Counted from the stretch's first letter, positions 10,110 through 20,265 are shown. The stretch: 64,000 bases of DNA from Ignavibacteriales bacterium (GCA_037441705.1 JBBIRR010000017.1:1-64000); one strand, 5' to 3'. Notes: generated from the sequence alone by a model not told the origin. Translations and numbers: made by a program.

Positions 10110-10237
10110 CGCAGTCAGCGCTGCGTTCCCGCCGCTTCTCGTCCGTCGTGCGACAGCCCTTTGAGTCTCTCGCCCATTTTGCGTATTTTCTGTCGCTTCC
10201 TTTCACCCACATTCACCTGACAATGTAGGAGCGTCAT

Positions 10238-11539
10238 TTGAAACTCAGCGTCGTTGGGACCGGCTATGTCGGTTTGGTCGTTGGAACATGCTTCGCCGAA
10301 AGCGGTAACGATGTTATTTGTGTAGATGTTGATGAGCGAAAGCTCGAAATGCTGCGTCGGGGCGAAAGCCCCATTTACGAGCCCGGGCTGAGCGATCTCC
10401 TGAAAAAGAACATTCACGAGAAGAGGCTGACGTTTACCTCCGACCTGACATTTGCCGTCCAGCAATCGGAGATCATCTTTCTTGCGCTGCCGACGCCGCA
10501 ATCCGAGGACGGCTCGGCGGATCTGCAGCATGTGTTGAGCGTGGCGGAGCAGATAGCGAAGGTGATGAACGGCTACAAGATCATCGTGAACAAGAGTACC
10601 GTCCCCGTGGGAACGGCCGATCAGGTTCGCGATCTGATTGCCAAAAACACGACGCACGAATTCGACGTCGTCTCCAATCCGGAGTTCTTGAAGGAGGGGG
10701 CGGCCGTCAACGACTTCATGAAGCCCGACCGCATCGTCATCGGAAGCCGCAGCCCGCGCGCCCTTGCCATCATGCAGGATCTCTATGCCCCATTCATCCG
10801 CACGGGGAATCCTCTCATCATCATGGATGAACGAAGCTCCGAGCTGACCAAGTACGCCGCGAACTCGTTTCTGGCAACAAAGGTCTCGTTCATGAATGAG
10901 GTTGCCAACATCTGCGAGTTGGTTGGTGCCGATATTGAACTCGTGCGCAAGGGCATGGGCACCGACCCGCGCGTCGGTGCGCAGTTCTTGTTCGCGGGCG
11001 TCGGCTATGGCGGTTCGTGCTTCCCGAAGGATGTTGCGGCGCTCCTCAAGAGTGCTGCCGACCACGGGTATAAATTCGAGATTCTCGCTGCCGTTGAGGA
11101 AGTGAACAAGCGGCAAAAGGAGATAATTGTTCGAAAGATCAAGAACCATTTCAACGGGCGACTTGCCGGGCTGACATTCACGCTCTGGGGGCTTTCGTTC
11201 AAACCCAACACGGACGACATACGCGAAGCTCCCTCGATCCGCATCATCGAGGCGCTGCTCGCGGAGGGCGCACGACTGCGATTGCACGACCCGGCCGCCA
11301 ACGGAGAGATGCAGCGGCTCTTCGGCTCGAAGGCAGCATTCTTTGAGAATAACTACGATGCCCTCGAAGGTGCCGACGCGCTGGTGATCGTTACAGAATG
11401 GAATGAGTTCCGCCGTCCGGACTTCGACCGGATGAAGTCGCTGATGAAGCAACCGGTTGTCTTCGACGGCAGAAACATCTACGACCCGGTACGAATCCGC
11501 CAAAAAGGGTTTGTGTACTACGGTATCGGACGCCCGTAA
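10238..11539 (+). CDS. ugd: UDP-glucose 6-dehydrogenase
   Basis: GTGYVG, KSTVPVGT, SNPEFLKEG, KYAANSFLA, GYGGSCFPKD, FKPNTDD. TTG start with AGGAG SD. Confidence 0.96.
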   Translation: MKLSVVGTGYVGLVVGTCFAESGNDVICVDVDERKLEMLRRGESPIYEPGLSDLLKKNIHEKRLTFTSDLTFAVQQSEIIFLALPTPQSEDGSADLQHVLSVAEQIAKVMNGYKIIVNKSTVPVGTADQVRDLIAKNTTHEFDVVSNPEFLKEGAAVNDFMKPDRIVIGSRSPRALAIMQDLYAPFIRTGNPLIIMDERSSELTKYAANSFLATKVSFMNEVANICELVGADIELVRKGMGTDPRVGAQFLFAGVGYGGSCFPKDVAALLKSAADHGYKFEILAAVEEVNKRQKEIIVRKIKNHFNGRLAGLTFTLWGLSFKPNTDDIREAPSIRIIEALLAEGARLRLHDPAANGEMQRLFGSKAAFFENNYDALEGADALVIVTEWNEFRRPDFDRMKSLMKQPVVFDGRNIYDPVRIRQKGFVYYGIGRP

Positions 11540-11572
11540 CAGAACCGACACGAACTTCAACACGACAATCTC

Positions 11573-12529
11573 GTGCGCTCTTCGACCAAAGAACATTGCG
11601 TTGTGACCGGTGGGGCCGGGTTCCTCGGGTCCCACCTGTGCGACCGTCTCCTTGCAGAAGGCTACCGCGTGACGGCCATCGACAATTTGATCACAGGCGA
11701 CACGCGGAACATTTCCCATCTCTTGGGCAATGATGACTTCCGATTCATCAAACATGATGTCACCGAGTACATTTATGTTGATGGTCCCGTTCATTACATC
11801 CTTCACTTTGCATCTCCTGCCAGTCCGATTGACTACCTGAAGCTGCCGATTCAGACCCTCAAGGTCGGTTCGCTCGGCACACACAAGGCGTTGGGACTTG
11901 CCAAGGCGAAGAACGCCCGGTTTCTTCTTGCGTCAACATCCGAAGTCTACGGCGACCCGCTCGTCCATCCGCAGCCGGAATCGTACTGGGGCAACGTCAA
12001 TCCGGTGGGCTTACGCGGCGTGTACGACGAAGCCAAGCGTTTCGCCGAGGCGATGACGATGGCGTACCATCGCTATCATGGCGTGGACACGCGCATCGTG
12101 CGCATCTTCAACACCTACGGCCCCCGCATGCGCATTGAAGACGGACGTGCAATTCCCGCGTTCATTTCCCAAGCGCTGCGCGGCGAAGACGTCACAGTCT
12201 TCGGCGACGGCAGCCAAACCCGCAGCGTCTGCTACGTGGACGATCTGATCGAGGGCATCTATCGACTCATGCTCTCGAACGAAGTGTATCCCGTCAACAT
12301 CGGGAACCAGGACGAAATCTCCATGCTTCAGCTTGCGCGGGAAGTGATCGAGTTGGTCGGGAGTAAGAGTAAGATCGTCTTCAAAGAACTTCCGGAAGAC
12401 GATCCGAAAGTGCGCCAGCCCGACACCACCAAAGCACGCACGGTGTTGAACTGGACTGCACGCGTCGGCAGGAAGGAAGGATTGCTTAAAACCATCGAGT
12501 ATTTCCGTTCACGCATTCTGGCTGATTGA
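11573..12529 (+). CDS. UDP-glucuronate decarboxylase (UDP-xylose synthase) family SDR
   Basis: [56 protein letters not shown]. Confidence 0.9.
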   Translation: MRSSTKEHCVVTGGAGFLGSHLCDRLLAEGYRVTAIDNLITGDTRNISHLLGNDDFRFIKHDVTEYIYVDGPVHYILHFASPASPIDYLKLPIQTLKVGSLGTHKALGLAKAKNARFLLASTSEVYGDPLVHPQPESYWGNVNPVGLRGVYDEAKRFAEAMTMAYHRYHGVDTRIVRIFNTYGPRMRIEDGRAIPAFISQALRGEDVTVFGDGSQTRSVCYVDDLIEGIYRLMLSNEVYPVNIGNQDEISMLQLAREVIELVGSKSKIVFKELPEDDPKVRQPDTTKARTVLNWTARVGRKEGLLKTIEYFRSRILAD

Positions 12530-12538
12530 GGTTCAGGA

Positions 12539-13447
12539 ATGGTTGCGGCGTGGATAGTGAACGCAGCGCTGCTGCTTGCACCGGGCACGGATTCGATACG
12601 AACCAGCGTTGAGGGGTCCGATGCTGCGCGGGACGTGCGGGCGCCTAACCCAGCTTCCGATACAAGCAGCATTCATCCCGTTCGCTTCGCGGTCGTGACC
12701 GGCGGTGTAGCCCTCACGATGGCCGGCATACATATCTACCAACAAAATGGGTGGTGGAAAAACAATCGCGCGCCGTTTCACTTTCAGGAAGATTTGAAGT
12801 ACGGACGCAGCGTTGATAAGCTCGGTCACTTCTACGGCGGCATCGTTGCAGCGTTTCTGCTGCGGAAATCCTATCGGTGGGCGGGACTCTCAGAAGAAGC
12901 TTCACTCTACTGGGGTTCGGCCGGGTCGTTGCTGTTCCAAACGTACGTCGAGATTGAAGACGGCTTTTCGAAATGGGGGTTCGATCGCGTGGACTTTGCG
13001 GCCGATGTTGCCGGTGCGGCCTGGCCCGTGGCGCAGTATCATGTTCCGTTCCTGAGGAATTTCGACTTCAAGTTCAGTTACGTCCCATCGCCCAATCTGA
13101 ATCAATCGGGCGGAACAGGCTTCGTCGGTCAACGGCACATCATGTTCGACGACTATGAAGGCCAGACGATCTGGATGAGTGTGAAGATGAAGAACGTGCT
13201 ACCGGAGCCGGCGGCGAAGTACTGGCCGGATGTCCTCAGTCTCTCGTTGGGCTACGCCGTGCGCGATGTGTTTACGCCGCGTCCGTACAGCGCGTGGCTG
13301 CTGGCACTCGACCTCGACATGACGAAAGTGATCCCCGCCGATACGCCGTTCCTCAAATTGTTGGGCGAGGCGTTGAACTTCATCAAGTTCCCGGCGCCTG
13401 CCGTCCAGGTCTCGCCACGCGCCATCTGGTACGGCATTTACTTCTAA
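12539..13447 (+). CDS. DUF2279/YfiM family exported or membrane protein
   Basis: WW..PFHF, DKLGHFY, EIEDGFS..GF..D, DDYEGQTIW, LNFIKFPAPA. Confidence 0.75.
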   Translation: MVAAWIVNAALLLAPGTDSIRTSVEGSDAARDVRAPNPASDTSSIHPVRFAVVTGGVALTMAGIHIYQQNGWWKNNRAPFHFQEDLKYGRSVDKLGHFYGGIVAAFLLRKSYRWAGLSEEASLYWGSAGSLLFQTYVEIEDGFSKWGFDRVDFAADVAGAAWPVAQYHVPFLRNFDFKFSYVPSPNLNQSGGTGFVGQRHIMFDDYEGQTIWMSVKMKNVLPEPAAKYWPDVLSLSLGYAVRDVFTPRPYSAWLLALDLDMTKVIPADTPFLKLLGEALNFIKFPAPAVQVSPRAIWYGIYF

Positions 13448-13464
13448 CCATCAGCAGAGGCTCT

Positions 13465-15165
13465 GTGAATTCCCCCGCTCGTTTCTTGCTGCTCGCCGGT
13501 CTCGTCATCGTTGCTCATCGTGCCTTTCCTCAAGCCGAAACAGTGCCTGCCACGCATCCTGTGTACACATTCCTCAAACGCATGGAGGTGAAGGGCCTCA
13601 TCGAGCGTTATCACGACGCGATTATTCCGCTCTCGCGGCGCGAGATTGCTGATTTTCTCTTTGCTCTTTCCGGTCACGACAAGCTCACCACGGCCGAACG
13701 GAGTATTCTGACACAATACCTCTCGGAATTTCAGTTCGAAGTGCGCAGCACGACGCAGGGATTTCTTTCCGTCATTGATGGAGGGGAGCCGAGTTTCGGT
13801 GCGGCGCTGGGAGAGGAGTTCTCGCAGCGCGAAAAATTTCTTTACGCCATGACGGACTCGAATGTCACGATGTTCGTCAACGGGTTGCTTACCTTCGATG
13901 CACGACGCATCGGCGGCGACGCGCTCGGTTCGACGCACACGGAGTTCGTGCAGTTCGGCGGAAGACTCCGCGGCACCATCTTCGGCAAGCTGGCCTACTG
14001 GTTGCAGGGTACCAACGCACAGTTCTGGGGCAGCAGGCAGCTTCTGTATCGGGACCCTGTCATCAGCCAGGCCTACACGCTCGGCGTCTCGGACGCGCAG
14101 AACTTTGACTTCAGCGAGGGATATGCCCGCTACGACGCAGGTATCGTTTCCGTTCAGTTTGGGAAAGAGCGCATCCTGTGGGGGACGGGATACGACCAGA
14201 AGATGGTGTCATCGGATAACGTACGGCCCTACGAATTCCTTCGTGCCGATCTGCGCTACAAGGCATTGAAGTACACCTTCCTTCATGGGTCGCTCCTCGG
14301 CCGCCGGGGCGCGCTCCCGTTCACGCTCGCGCCCGATACCTCGACGCGTTACATCGAGCCGGTCGTGGCCGACAAATTCTTTGCTGCACACCGTCTGGAG
14401 TTTTCATTTCCCCGTCTGTTTGATATCGGCTTTCAGGAAATGGCAATATACAGCAATCGTTCGGTGGACTTTGCGTATCTCAATCCGTTCATCGTGCTCG
14501 AATCGGCGCAGCGATCACGCGAGGAGCGCGATAACGTGCTGTGGGCGTTCGATGTGCAAACCCATTTCGTCAACGGACTGGAGCTGACCGGCACGATTGT
14601 GTTCGACGATCTCCACTTTCCGGAGTTCTTCAAGCCGCGATGGTACAACCGCTACGCATATCAGGTGGGGATGATGATCGTTGATCCGCTGTTCGTGCCC
14701 GATGTTAGCATGAAGGTCGAGTACACGCGGGTAAAGCCGTTCGTCTACGCGCATGATCGTTCTCGCGAAAACACCTACACGAGCCTGAACTCGCTTCTCG
14801 GGCCGCGCATTGGACCGAATTCCGACTCATGGTTCGTGCGAGCCGAGTACTTCCCCACATGGCACCTGTCCTTTTCCGTGCACGCGCTCTGGGTGCGGCA
14901 CGGCAGAAACGTCTATGACGCCGCGGGCAATCTTGTCCGCAACGTGGGCGGCGACGTGTTCCAGCCGCATCGGCCGAGCGATCCGCTCGAAGCGCCATTC
15001 CTCGATGGTGTTCTCGTCCGCTCGCGACAGATTCAGCTTCTCGCGACCTATGAGATCGTCAATCAAATCTGGCTGGATGGGTGGTTGCAGTTCGACTCGG
15101 AGGAGGCAACCGGCATTCGAACAACAAACACGACGGGTGGAGTTCGGCTGAGGGCGGAATTGTGA
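13465..15165 (+). CDS. capsule assembly Wzi family outer-membrane protein
   Basis: Signal peptide after GTG 13465, HPVYTFLKRM..KG, GKERILWG, AHRLE, YLNP, GPNSD, beta-strand C-terminus. The track start at 13294 overlaps the upstream gene. Confidence 0.75.
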   Translation: MNSPARFLLLAGLVIVAHRAFPQAETVPATHPVYTFLKRMEVKGLIERYHDAIIPLSRREIADFLFALSGHDKLTTAERSILTQYLSEFQFEVRSTTQGFLSVIDGGEPSFGAALGEEFSQREKFLYAMTDSNVTMFVNGLLTFDARRIGGDALGSTHTEFVQFGGRLRGTIFGKLAYWLQGTNAQFWGSRQLLYRDPVISQAYTLGVSDAQNFDFSEGYARYDAGIVSVQFGKERILWGTGYDQKMVSSDNVRPYEFLRADLRYKALKYTFLHGSLLGRRGALPFTLAPDTSTRYIEPVVADKFFAAHRLEFSFPRLFDIGFQEMAIYSNRSVDFAYLNPFIVLESAQRSREERDNVLWAFDVQTHFVNGLELTGTIVFDDLHFPEFFKPRWYNRYAYQVGMMIVDPLFVPDVSMKVEYTRVKPFVYAHDRSRENTYTSLNSLLGPRIGPNSDSWFVRAEYFPTWHLSFSVHALWVRHGRNVYDAAGNLVRNVGGDVFQPHRPSDPLEAPFLDGVLVRSRQIQLLATYEIVNQIWLDGWLQFDSEEATGIRTTNTTGGVRLRAEL

Positions 15166-15276
15166 GTTCAAGATATCAGGCATGCTGTCTCGCTTCATGA
15201 GAACCTCACGCGGGCACACGTGCTTGCATTCAACCGACGGAATCTCATACCTTTGAAAGGAGGGTTTTTTGATCTC

Positions 15277-15741
15277 ATGGCAACGCTCAAAGTAGGGAGT
15301 ACAGCACCGGACTTCCAACTGCCCACCGGCGGCGGAAAGATGCTTTCCCTTTCGGATTTTCGGGGGCAGAAGGTGGTGCTCTATTTCTACCCAAAAGACA
15401 TGACCAGCGGCTGTACGAAAGAAGCCTGCTCGTTTCAAGAGAATCTCTCGGCGCTGAAGAAGAAAGGTGCGGTCGTCATCGGCGTGAGTCCGGACAGTCC
15501 TGCATCGCACGAAAAGTTTGCCGAGGCGTACGGGCTGTCATTTCCACTGGTGAGTGACGAGAAGAAAGCAATCCTCAAGAAGTACGGCGTGTGGAAAGAG
15601 AAATCGCTCTACGGCAAGAAGTACATGGGGGTCGAGCGAACGACGTTCATCATCAACGAGGAGGGCATCATCACGCACATCTTCCCAAAGGTTAAAGTGG
15701 ATGGACATACAGAAGAAGTTTTGCAGGCGTTAGGTGAATAA
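15277..15741 (+). CDS. bcp: thioredoxin-dependent peroxiredoxin BCP/PrxQ
   Basis: YFYPKDMTSGCTKEAC, GVSPD, ERTTF. AAGGAGG SD. Confidence 0.95.
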   Translation: MATLKVGSTAPDFQLPTGGGKMLSLSDFRGQKVVLYFYPKDMTSGCTKEACSFQENLSALKKKGAVVIGVSPDSPASHEKFAEAYGLSFPLVSDEKKAILKKYGVWKEKSLYGKKYMGVERTTFIINEEGIITHIFPKVKVDGHTEEVLQALGE

Positions 15742-15753
15742 GGGAGACGAGAT

Positions 15754-16161
15754 ATGGTGTACATTACACGCAAAGAAAGTTTTAGCGCGTCGCATCGGTT
15801 GTTCAATCCGGGCTGGAGTGATGAGAAGAACTACGCCGTGTTCGGTAAGTGTGCCAACCCGAACGGGCACGGCCACAATTACGAGATCGAAGTAACCGTT
15901 GCCGGCGTTCCGCCGAAGGAAACCGGTATGGTGATGGACCTGAAGAGGCTCTCGGATATCATCAATGAAGAAATCATCGAGCGAGTAGATCACAAACATC
16001 TCAACCTCGATGTAGACTTCCTCGGCGGCATCATCCCGACGGCGGAGAACATGGCGATCGAGTTTTGGAAGATTCTTTCAAGAAAAATTACAGAGGGGAA
16101 ACTCTACTCCATCAGGTTGTACGAGTCGGGGAATAACTTTGTCGAATACCGCGGGGAGTAG
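15754..16161 (+). CDS. 6-pyruvoyl-tetrahydropterin synthase (PTPS-II type; QueD/PTPS family)
   Basis: FSASHRL, GKCANPNGHGHNY (C-x5-HGH), DHKHLN, PTAEN. Confidence 0.9.
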   Translation: MVYITRKESFSASHRLFNPGWSDEKNYAVFGKCANPNGHGHNYEIEVTVAGVPPKETGMVMDLKRLSDIINEEIIERVDHKHLNLDVDFLGGIIPTAENMAIEFWKILSRKITEGKLYSIRLYESGNNFVEYRGE

Positions 16162-16173
16162 GACGGAGGCGGC

Positions 16174-16743
16174 ATGTCACACCGAACACAACTTGAAGAA
16201 CTCGTTACCATACTGTTGAAGGAGATCGGCGAGGATCCTTCCCGCGAAGGTCTGCAGCGGACGCCGCGGCGCGTGGCCAAGGCGTATGAGTTTCTGACCA
16301 GCGGCTACAAGAAAGATATAGCGCAGGTCATGAACGGCGCAATCTTTGCCGAACGATATAGCGAGATGGTGATCGTGAAGGACATCGACTTCTTCAGCAT
16401 GTGCGAGCATCATCTGCTGCCGTTTTTCGGGAAGGCACATGTGGCGTACATCCCCAACGGAAAGATTCTTGGTCTCAGCAAAGTCCCTCGTATCGTCGAA
16501 GTGTTTGCCCGTCGTCTGCAGGTGCAGGAGCGCATGACGCAGCAGATTGCCGACACGCTGTACGAGTACCTGCAGCCCGATGGTGTGGGCGTGGTGATCG
16601 AAGCCCGCCACATGTGCATGATGATGCGCGGCGTGGAGAAGCAGAACTCCCTGGCCACGACCAGCGCCATGCTCGGCGTCTTCCGCGATGATGCAAGGAC
16701 GCGTCAAGAGTTCCTTTCCCTCATCAAAGCGCACCAGGTGTGA
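16174..16743 (+). CDS. folE: GTP cyclohydrolase I
   Basis: [42 protein letters not shown]. Confidence 0.97.
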   Translation: MSHRTQLEELVTILLKEIGEDPSREGLQRTPRRVAKAYEFLTSGYKKDIAQVMNGAIFAERYSEMVIVKDIDFFSMCEHHLLPFFGKAHVAYIPNGKILGLSKVPRIVEVFARRLQVQERMTQQIADTLYEYLQPDGVGVVIEARHMCMMMRGVEKQNSLATTSAMLGVFRDDARTRQEFLSLIKAHQV

Positions 16744-17453
16744 TGATGGGACGACTGGACGGCACGGTTGCCATTGTAACAGGCGGAGGGCGTGGTATCG
16801 GCCGGGCAATAGCGCTGGCACTGGCACAGGAGGGGGCGAGCATTGCCATTGCCGCACGCACGAAGTCGGAACTGGAAGCGGTTGCAAACCAGATTCACTC
16901 CTCAGGCGGAACAGCCATAGCCATCAAAGCCGATGTGACGGACGACGACCACGCGCACACGCTTGTCGATGCGACGATGAAACGCTTCGGGCGGATCGAC
17001 ATTCTCGTCAACAATGCGGGCACGGGGGTGTTCAAGCCGTTCGTTGAAATGGGCACGGCGGAGTTTGACGACATGTGGAAGCTCAACATGCGGGCGCCGT
17101 TTGTGCTCACCAAACTCGTCCTTCCCCACATGATCCGACAACAAAGCGGCGCCATCGTCAACATTGCTTCGCTTGCGGGAAAGAACAGCTTCGTGAACGG
17201 GTCAGGCTACGCGGCAACGAAATGGGCGCTGCGCGGTTGGGCAAACTGCCTGATGCTCGAAGTCCGCCGCCACAACATTCGCGTCGTAACCATTTTTCCC
17301 GGCTCCGTGGATACGACCTTCTCGGCGACTGGCAAGCGTGGAGCGACGATTACTCAGCCCGAAGACGTTGCCGCCGCAGTCGTATTTGCCGTGACCGCGC
17401 CTGCACGCAGCATGTTCAGCGAGATTGATGTTCGGCCGACGAATCCGCCGTAA
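16740..17453 (+). CDS. short-chain dehydrogenase/reductase, candidate sepiapterin reductase
   Basis: [21 protein letters not shown] overlap with folE. The specific function is inferred from context. Confidence 0.85.
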   Translation: MMMGRLDGTVAIVTGGGRGIGRAIALALAQEGASIAIAARTKSELEAVANQIHSSGGTAIAIKADVTDDDHAHTLVDATMKRFGRIDILVNNAGTGVFKPFVEMGTAEFDDMWKLNMRAPFVLTKLVLPHMIRQQSGAIVNIASLAGKNSFVNGSGYAATKWALRGWANCLMLEVRRHNIRVVTIFPGSVDTTFSATGKRGATITQPEDVAAAVVFAVTAPARSMFSEIDVRPTNPP

Positions 17454-17462
17454 GCAGAAAAC

Positions 17463-17490
17463 AAAAGAGCGGGTGTGTGCCCGCTCTTTT
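17463..17490. terminator. bidirectional intrinsic terminator
   Basis: Perfect 11-bp inverted repeat AAAAGAGCGGG-tgtgtg-CCCGCTCTTTT between convergent genes. Confidence 0.85.
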
Positions 17491-17510
17491 CATGTTGGCC
17501 GTCGCACCGG

Positions 17511-18011
17511 TTAGTCGTCCGACTCGACATCGTCCCAATCCCGGCCGCCGCGGAAATGCATCATCCCGCGCATCCTCATCCCATCGGGCATGCGCTGGCC
17601 CCATCGGGTTGCCGCGTTCTTCCAGATCTTCTGCTGCTCAGGCGTGAGGATGGCATTGACCTGGAACCAATGATCCAGCATGTTCATCTTCATCTGCTGC
17701 TGAACGTCGGTGATCGCCTTCAGGTTCTTTTCGATTGCGGCGCGATCAACCTTGTCGGCGAGAAACTGTTCCTGGATTTCGAGCCGGAGAGTCTGGACCT
17801 TTGACTGGAGCGGGGTTTGCTTCTTCATCAGGTCGAGTCTGATCTTCTGCATTTGTGCCTGCTGCGTGTCGGTCAGCTTGAGTTCGTCAATGAGTGCCTG
17901 ATGCCGAGGCCCGATGCCGTGCGGCCCCATCCGCCCGCGCGGGGGTTGTGCAAAGACCAGTGTTGCGGCAAACAAGCCCAGGAGGGCGACGGCGGCGAAG
18001 TTGCGTATCAT
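17511..18011 (-). CDS. Spy/CpxP family periplasmic chaperone / heavy-metal sensor (LTXXQ protein)
   Basis: Signal peptide, LKLTDTQQ and ILTPEQQ motifs, Gly/Met/Arg-rich ends. AAGGAG SD on the minus strand. Confidence 0.85.
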   Translation of the reverse strand: MIRNFAAVALLGLFAATLVFAQPPRGRMGPHGIGPRHQALIDELKLTDTQQAQMQKIRLDLMKKQTPLQSKVQTLRLEIQEQFLADKVDRAAIEKNLKAITDVQQQMKMNMLDHWFQVNAILTPEQQKIWKNAATRWGQRMPDGMRMRGMMHFRGGRDWDDVESDD

Positions 18012-18161
18012 GATCGTTTTCTCCTTTTCTGTTGAGTTGTGTGCGATAGGGTTCCTGTCCCTATGTTCTGTAGGTTAGAGCCGTCGGTCGCGCGAAAAGT
18101 TTAATGCGCGGCAGTCCGTCGACCCGCTACCGCTGCTGCGCGCATCGACACGCGGGTTTTG

Positions 18162-18190
18162 TTGACTTTCGGGTGAAGATTGGGTAAGTT
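18162..18190 (+). promoter_or_regulatory. putative sigma70 promoter for the TPR-pyrK-pyrD operon
   Basis: TTGACT-N17-TAAGTT. Confidence 0.5.
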
Positions 18191-18206
18191 GATTTGTGAT
18201 TTGTGC

Positions 18207-20249
18207 ATGGAGCTATTGATTTTGCAACGCTTCTTCCTTTCTCTTACGACCCTCACACTTCTTGTTCTCTCCGGATGCAGCATCGGGAGTTTCATCGGCG
18301 CCTACTTCAACACGTATTACAACGCGCAGAAGGCGTTCGATGAAGCTGAGGCAGAAGTACTGGGCGGTGCGCAGCAGCAGGCTGCCGTGCGGACCGAGCG
18401 TCCGTATCTCGCGCCGTTCGATGTGCCACCTCAAACCCGAACCAAATTTGCCACCGTCATCGAAAAGTGCTCGAAACTCCTTCAGTATCATCCCGAATCG
18501 AAATTGGTGGATGATGCCTTGCTGATGATCGGCAAATCGTATTTCTACCAGAACGAACTCCAATCGGCCCAGCGGAAATTCAACGAGTTGCTCTCGACCT
18601 ATCCCGAAAGCGACCTTGCGCTCGAAGCCAAGTTGCTTCTGGCGCAAACGCACTATCGAAATAACGACAAAACAGCCGCTGCAGCGCTGGCAGCGGAATT
18701 GTTCGAGGAAGCAAAGGCTCGCGGCGAAGACGCTCTGACGGCCGAGGCGGGGAGACTCATCGGCCACTTCCATCGCGAAAACAAGAACTACGAGGAGGCG
18801 CTGCGGTACTTCGCTGCCGCGGCGGAGCTTGCCGCAACCGCCGACGATCGGGCCACCCTCCACCGCCGCGTTGCGGAGATGAACATCCAGCTCGGCAATT
18901 ATGCAAAAGCAGCGGATGCCTTTGCGCGCTCGGAAGACGAAGGATCGAGTTACATCAGCAAGTATCGCGGACTCATCGGCAAGGCACGCATGCTGTCAAA
19001 ACTCGGAAAGCACGAGGAGAGTCTTGCACTGCTCGAAGAAATGGTGCGCAATACAAACTACCGCGAGTTCTTCGGCGAAATCAGTCTTGAGATCGGCAAC
19101 GTCTATCGCGATGAGAAGGATTATCGGGCCGCCGAAGAGCAATACCGGTACGTGGACACGGCGTACGCGCGCAGCGAGTATGCGGCGCATGCGTACTACC
19201 AGCTTGGCCTTCTGTACGAAACACACTACGGGAATTATGATTCTGCGCGCGTCGCGTACGACAAGGGGAAAGCGGAGTTCCCGCAAGCCGACATCACGCC
19301 CGAGATCGTCAAACGCAGCGAGTTGTTCGGGCGTTACTTCACGTATCGCAACGAAATCCTACGCAACGATAGCCTCCGACGGGTGATTCTTTCGCCGCCG
19401 GATACATCGGCAGCGGCAGCGCCCGATACGACACATCAAGACTCGACGTCGCTCGCTGCGGGCCGCACCGACAGCGTGGTTCAACGGCCGCCCGCAGTTC
19501 CACCCCCGCCTCTGGATACCGTACAGGCCCGACTTGCGTACAATAAGGCGGAACTGGCGAGCCTGTTCTACACGGGCCTGCAGGTGGTCGACTCGGCAAA
19601 GCACTGGTACAATCGCTTGATTGCTGATCACCCCACGAGCCAGTATGTGCCGCGCGCTCTGTACACGCTTGCGCAGATCGCACAACAGGATTCGGCTGCT
19701 CCGCCAGGGACGGCGGATTCACTCCTCCATGTGATCGTTGACCGGTTTCCCGAGTCAGAGTTTGCTGCTGCGGCGCGACATTCGTTGGGGCTGCCGCCGC
19801 TTGAGCGCGCCAAAGATTCCACGGAAATGGCGTACCGCGCTGCCGAACAGCTCATGAAGCAGGGCGAGTACGCTGCTGCGCTCCAGTCCTTCCGCGTGAT
19901 CGCTGAACGCGATACGACGTCGCCCTTTGCGGCGAAGGCGCAGTATGCCATCGGCTGGATTTACGAGAACATCCACCTTGAGCCGGACAGTTCGATCGCA
20001 AGCTATCGCCGTCTCGTCCAACGGTTTCCCCGCTCGCCCTACACGTCGGTCGTTCAACCGAAGCTCACGGTGATAGATGCGGAACGGCACAAGGCCGCTC
20101 CTGACATGCCGAAGGACACGACGACCGTTGTTCCGCCGCAAGGAAAGGGAATGCCGGCCGATTCTGTGAAGCTCCTTCCATCTCTTCAGGAAATGCCCAA
20201 GGATACAACGGTGGACGAAGTGCCGAAGCTTCGAATCAAAAAAGAGTGA
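18207..20249 (+). CDS. tetratricopeptide-repeat lipoprotein (SprE/PorW-like)
   Basis: Lipobox LSGC, FNTYYNA, repeated TPR/YfiO-like units (YPES, FPES, FPRS), Pro/Asp/Thr-rich linkers. Confidence 0.8.
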   Translation: MELLILQRFFLSLTTLTLLVLSGCSIGSFIGAYFNTYYNAQKAFDEAEAEVLGGAQQQAAVRTERPYLAPFDVPPQTRTKFATVIEKCSKLLQYHPESKLVDDALLMIGKSYFYQNELQSAQRKFNELLSTYPESDLALEAKLLLAQTHYRNNDKTAAAALAAELFEEAKARGEDALTAEAGRLIGHFHRENKNYEEALRYFAAAAELAATADDRATLHRRVAEMNIQLGNYAKAADAFARSEDEGSSYISKYRGLIGKARMLSKLGKHEESLALLEEMVRNTNYREFFGEISLEIGNVYRDEKDYRAAEEQYRYVDTAYARSEYAAHAYYQLGLLYETHYGNYDSARVAYDKGKAEFPQADITPEIVKRSELFGRYFTYRNEILRNDSLRRVILSPPDTSAAAAPDTTHQDSTSLAAGRTDSVVQRPPAVPPPPLDTVQARLAYNKAELASLFYTGLQVVDSAKHWYNRLIADHPTSQYVPRALYTLAQIAQQDSAAPPGTADSLLHVIVDRFPESEFAAAARHSLGLPPLERAKDSTEMAYRAAEQLMKQGEYAAALQSFRVIAERDTTSPFAAKAQYAIGWIYENIHLEPDSSIASYRRLVQRFPRSPYTSVVQPKLTVIDAERHKAAPDMPKDTTTVVPPQGKGMPADSVKLLPSLQEMPKDTTVDEVPKLRIKKE

Positions 20250-20265
20250 AAATCTCCGCTCCCTG

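Noticed and set aside
10115-11884. 589-aa antisense ORF over ugd and the decarboxylase
   Set aside because: Shadow frame of well-conserved genes with GC-biased codon usage; no recognisable motifs.
15754-16161. Annotation as queuosine enzyme QueD
   Set aside because: Active-site spacing is C-x5-HGH, not C-x3-HGH, and no que genes are adjacent.
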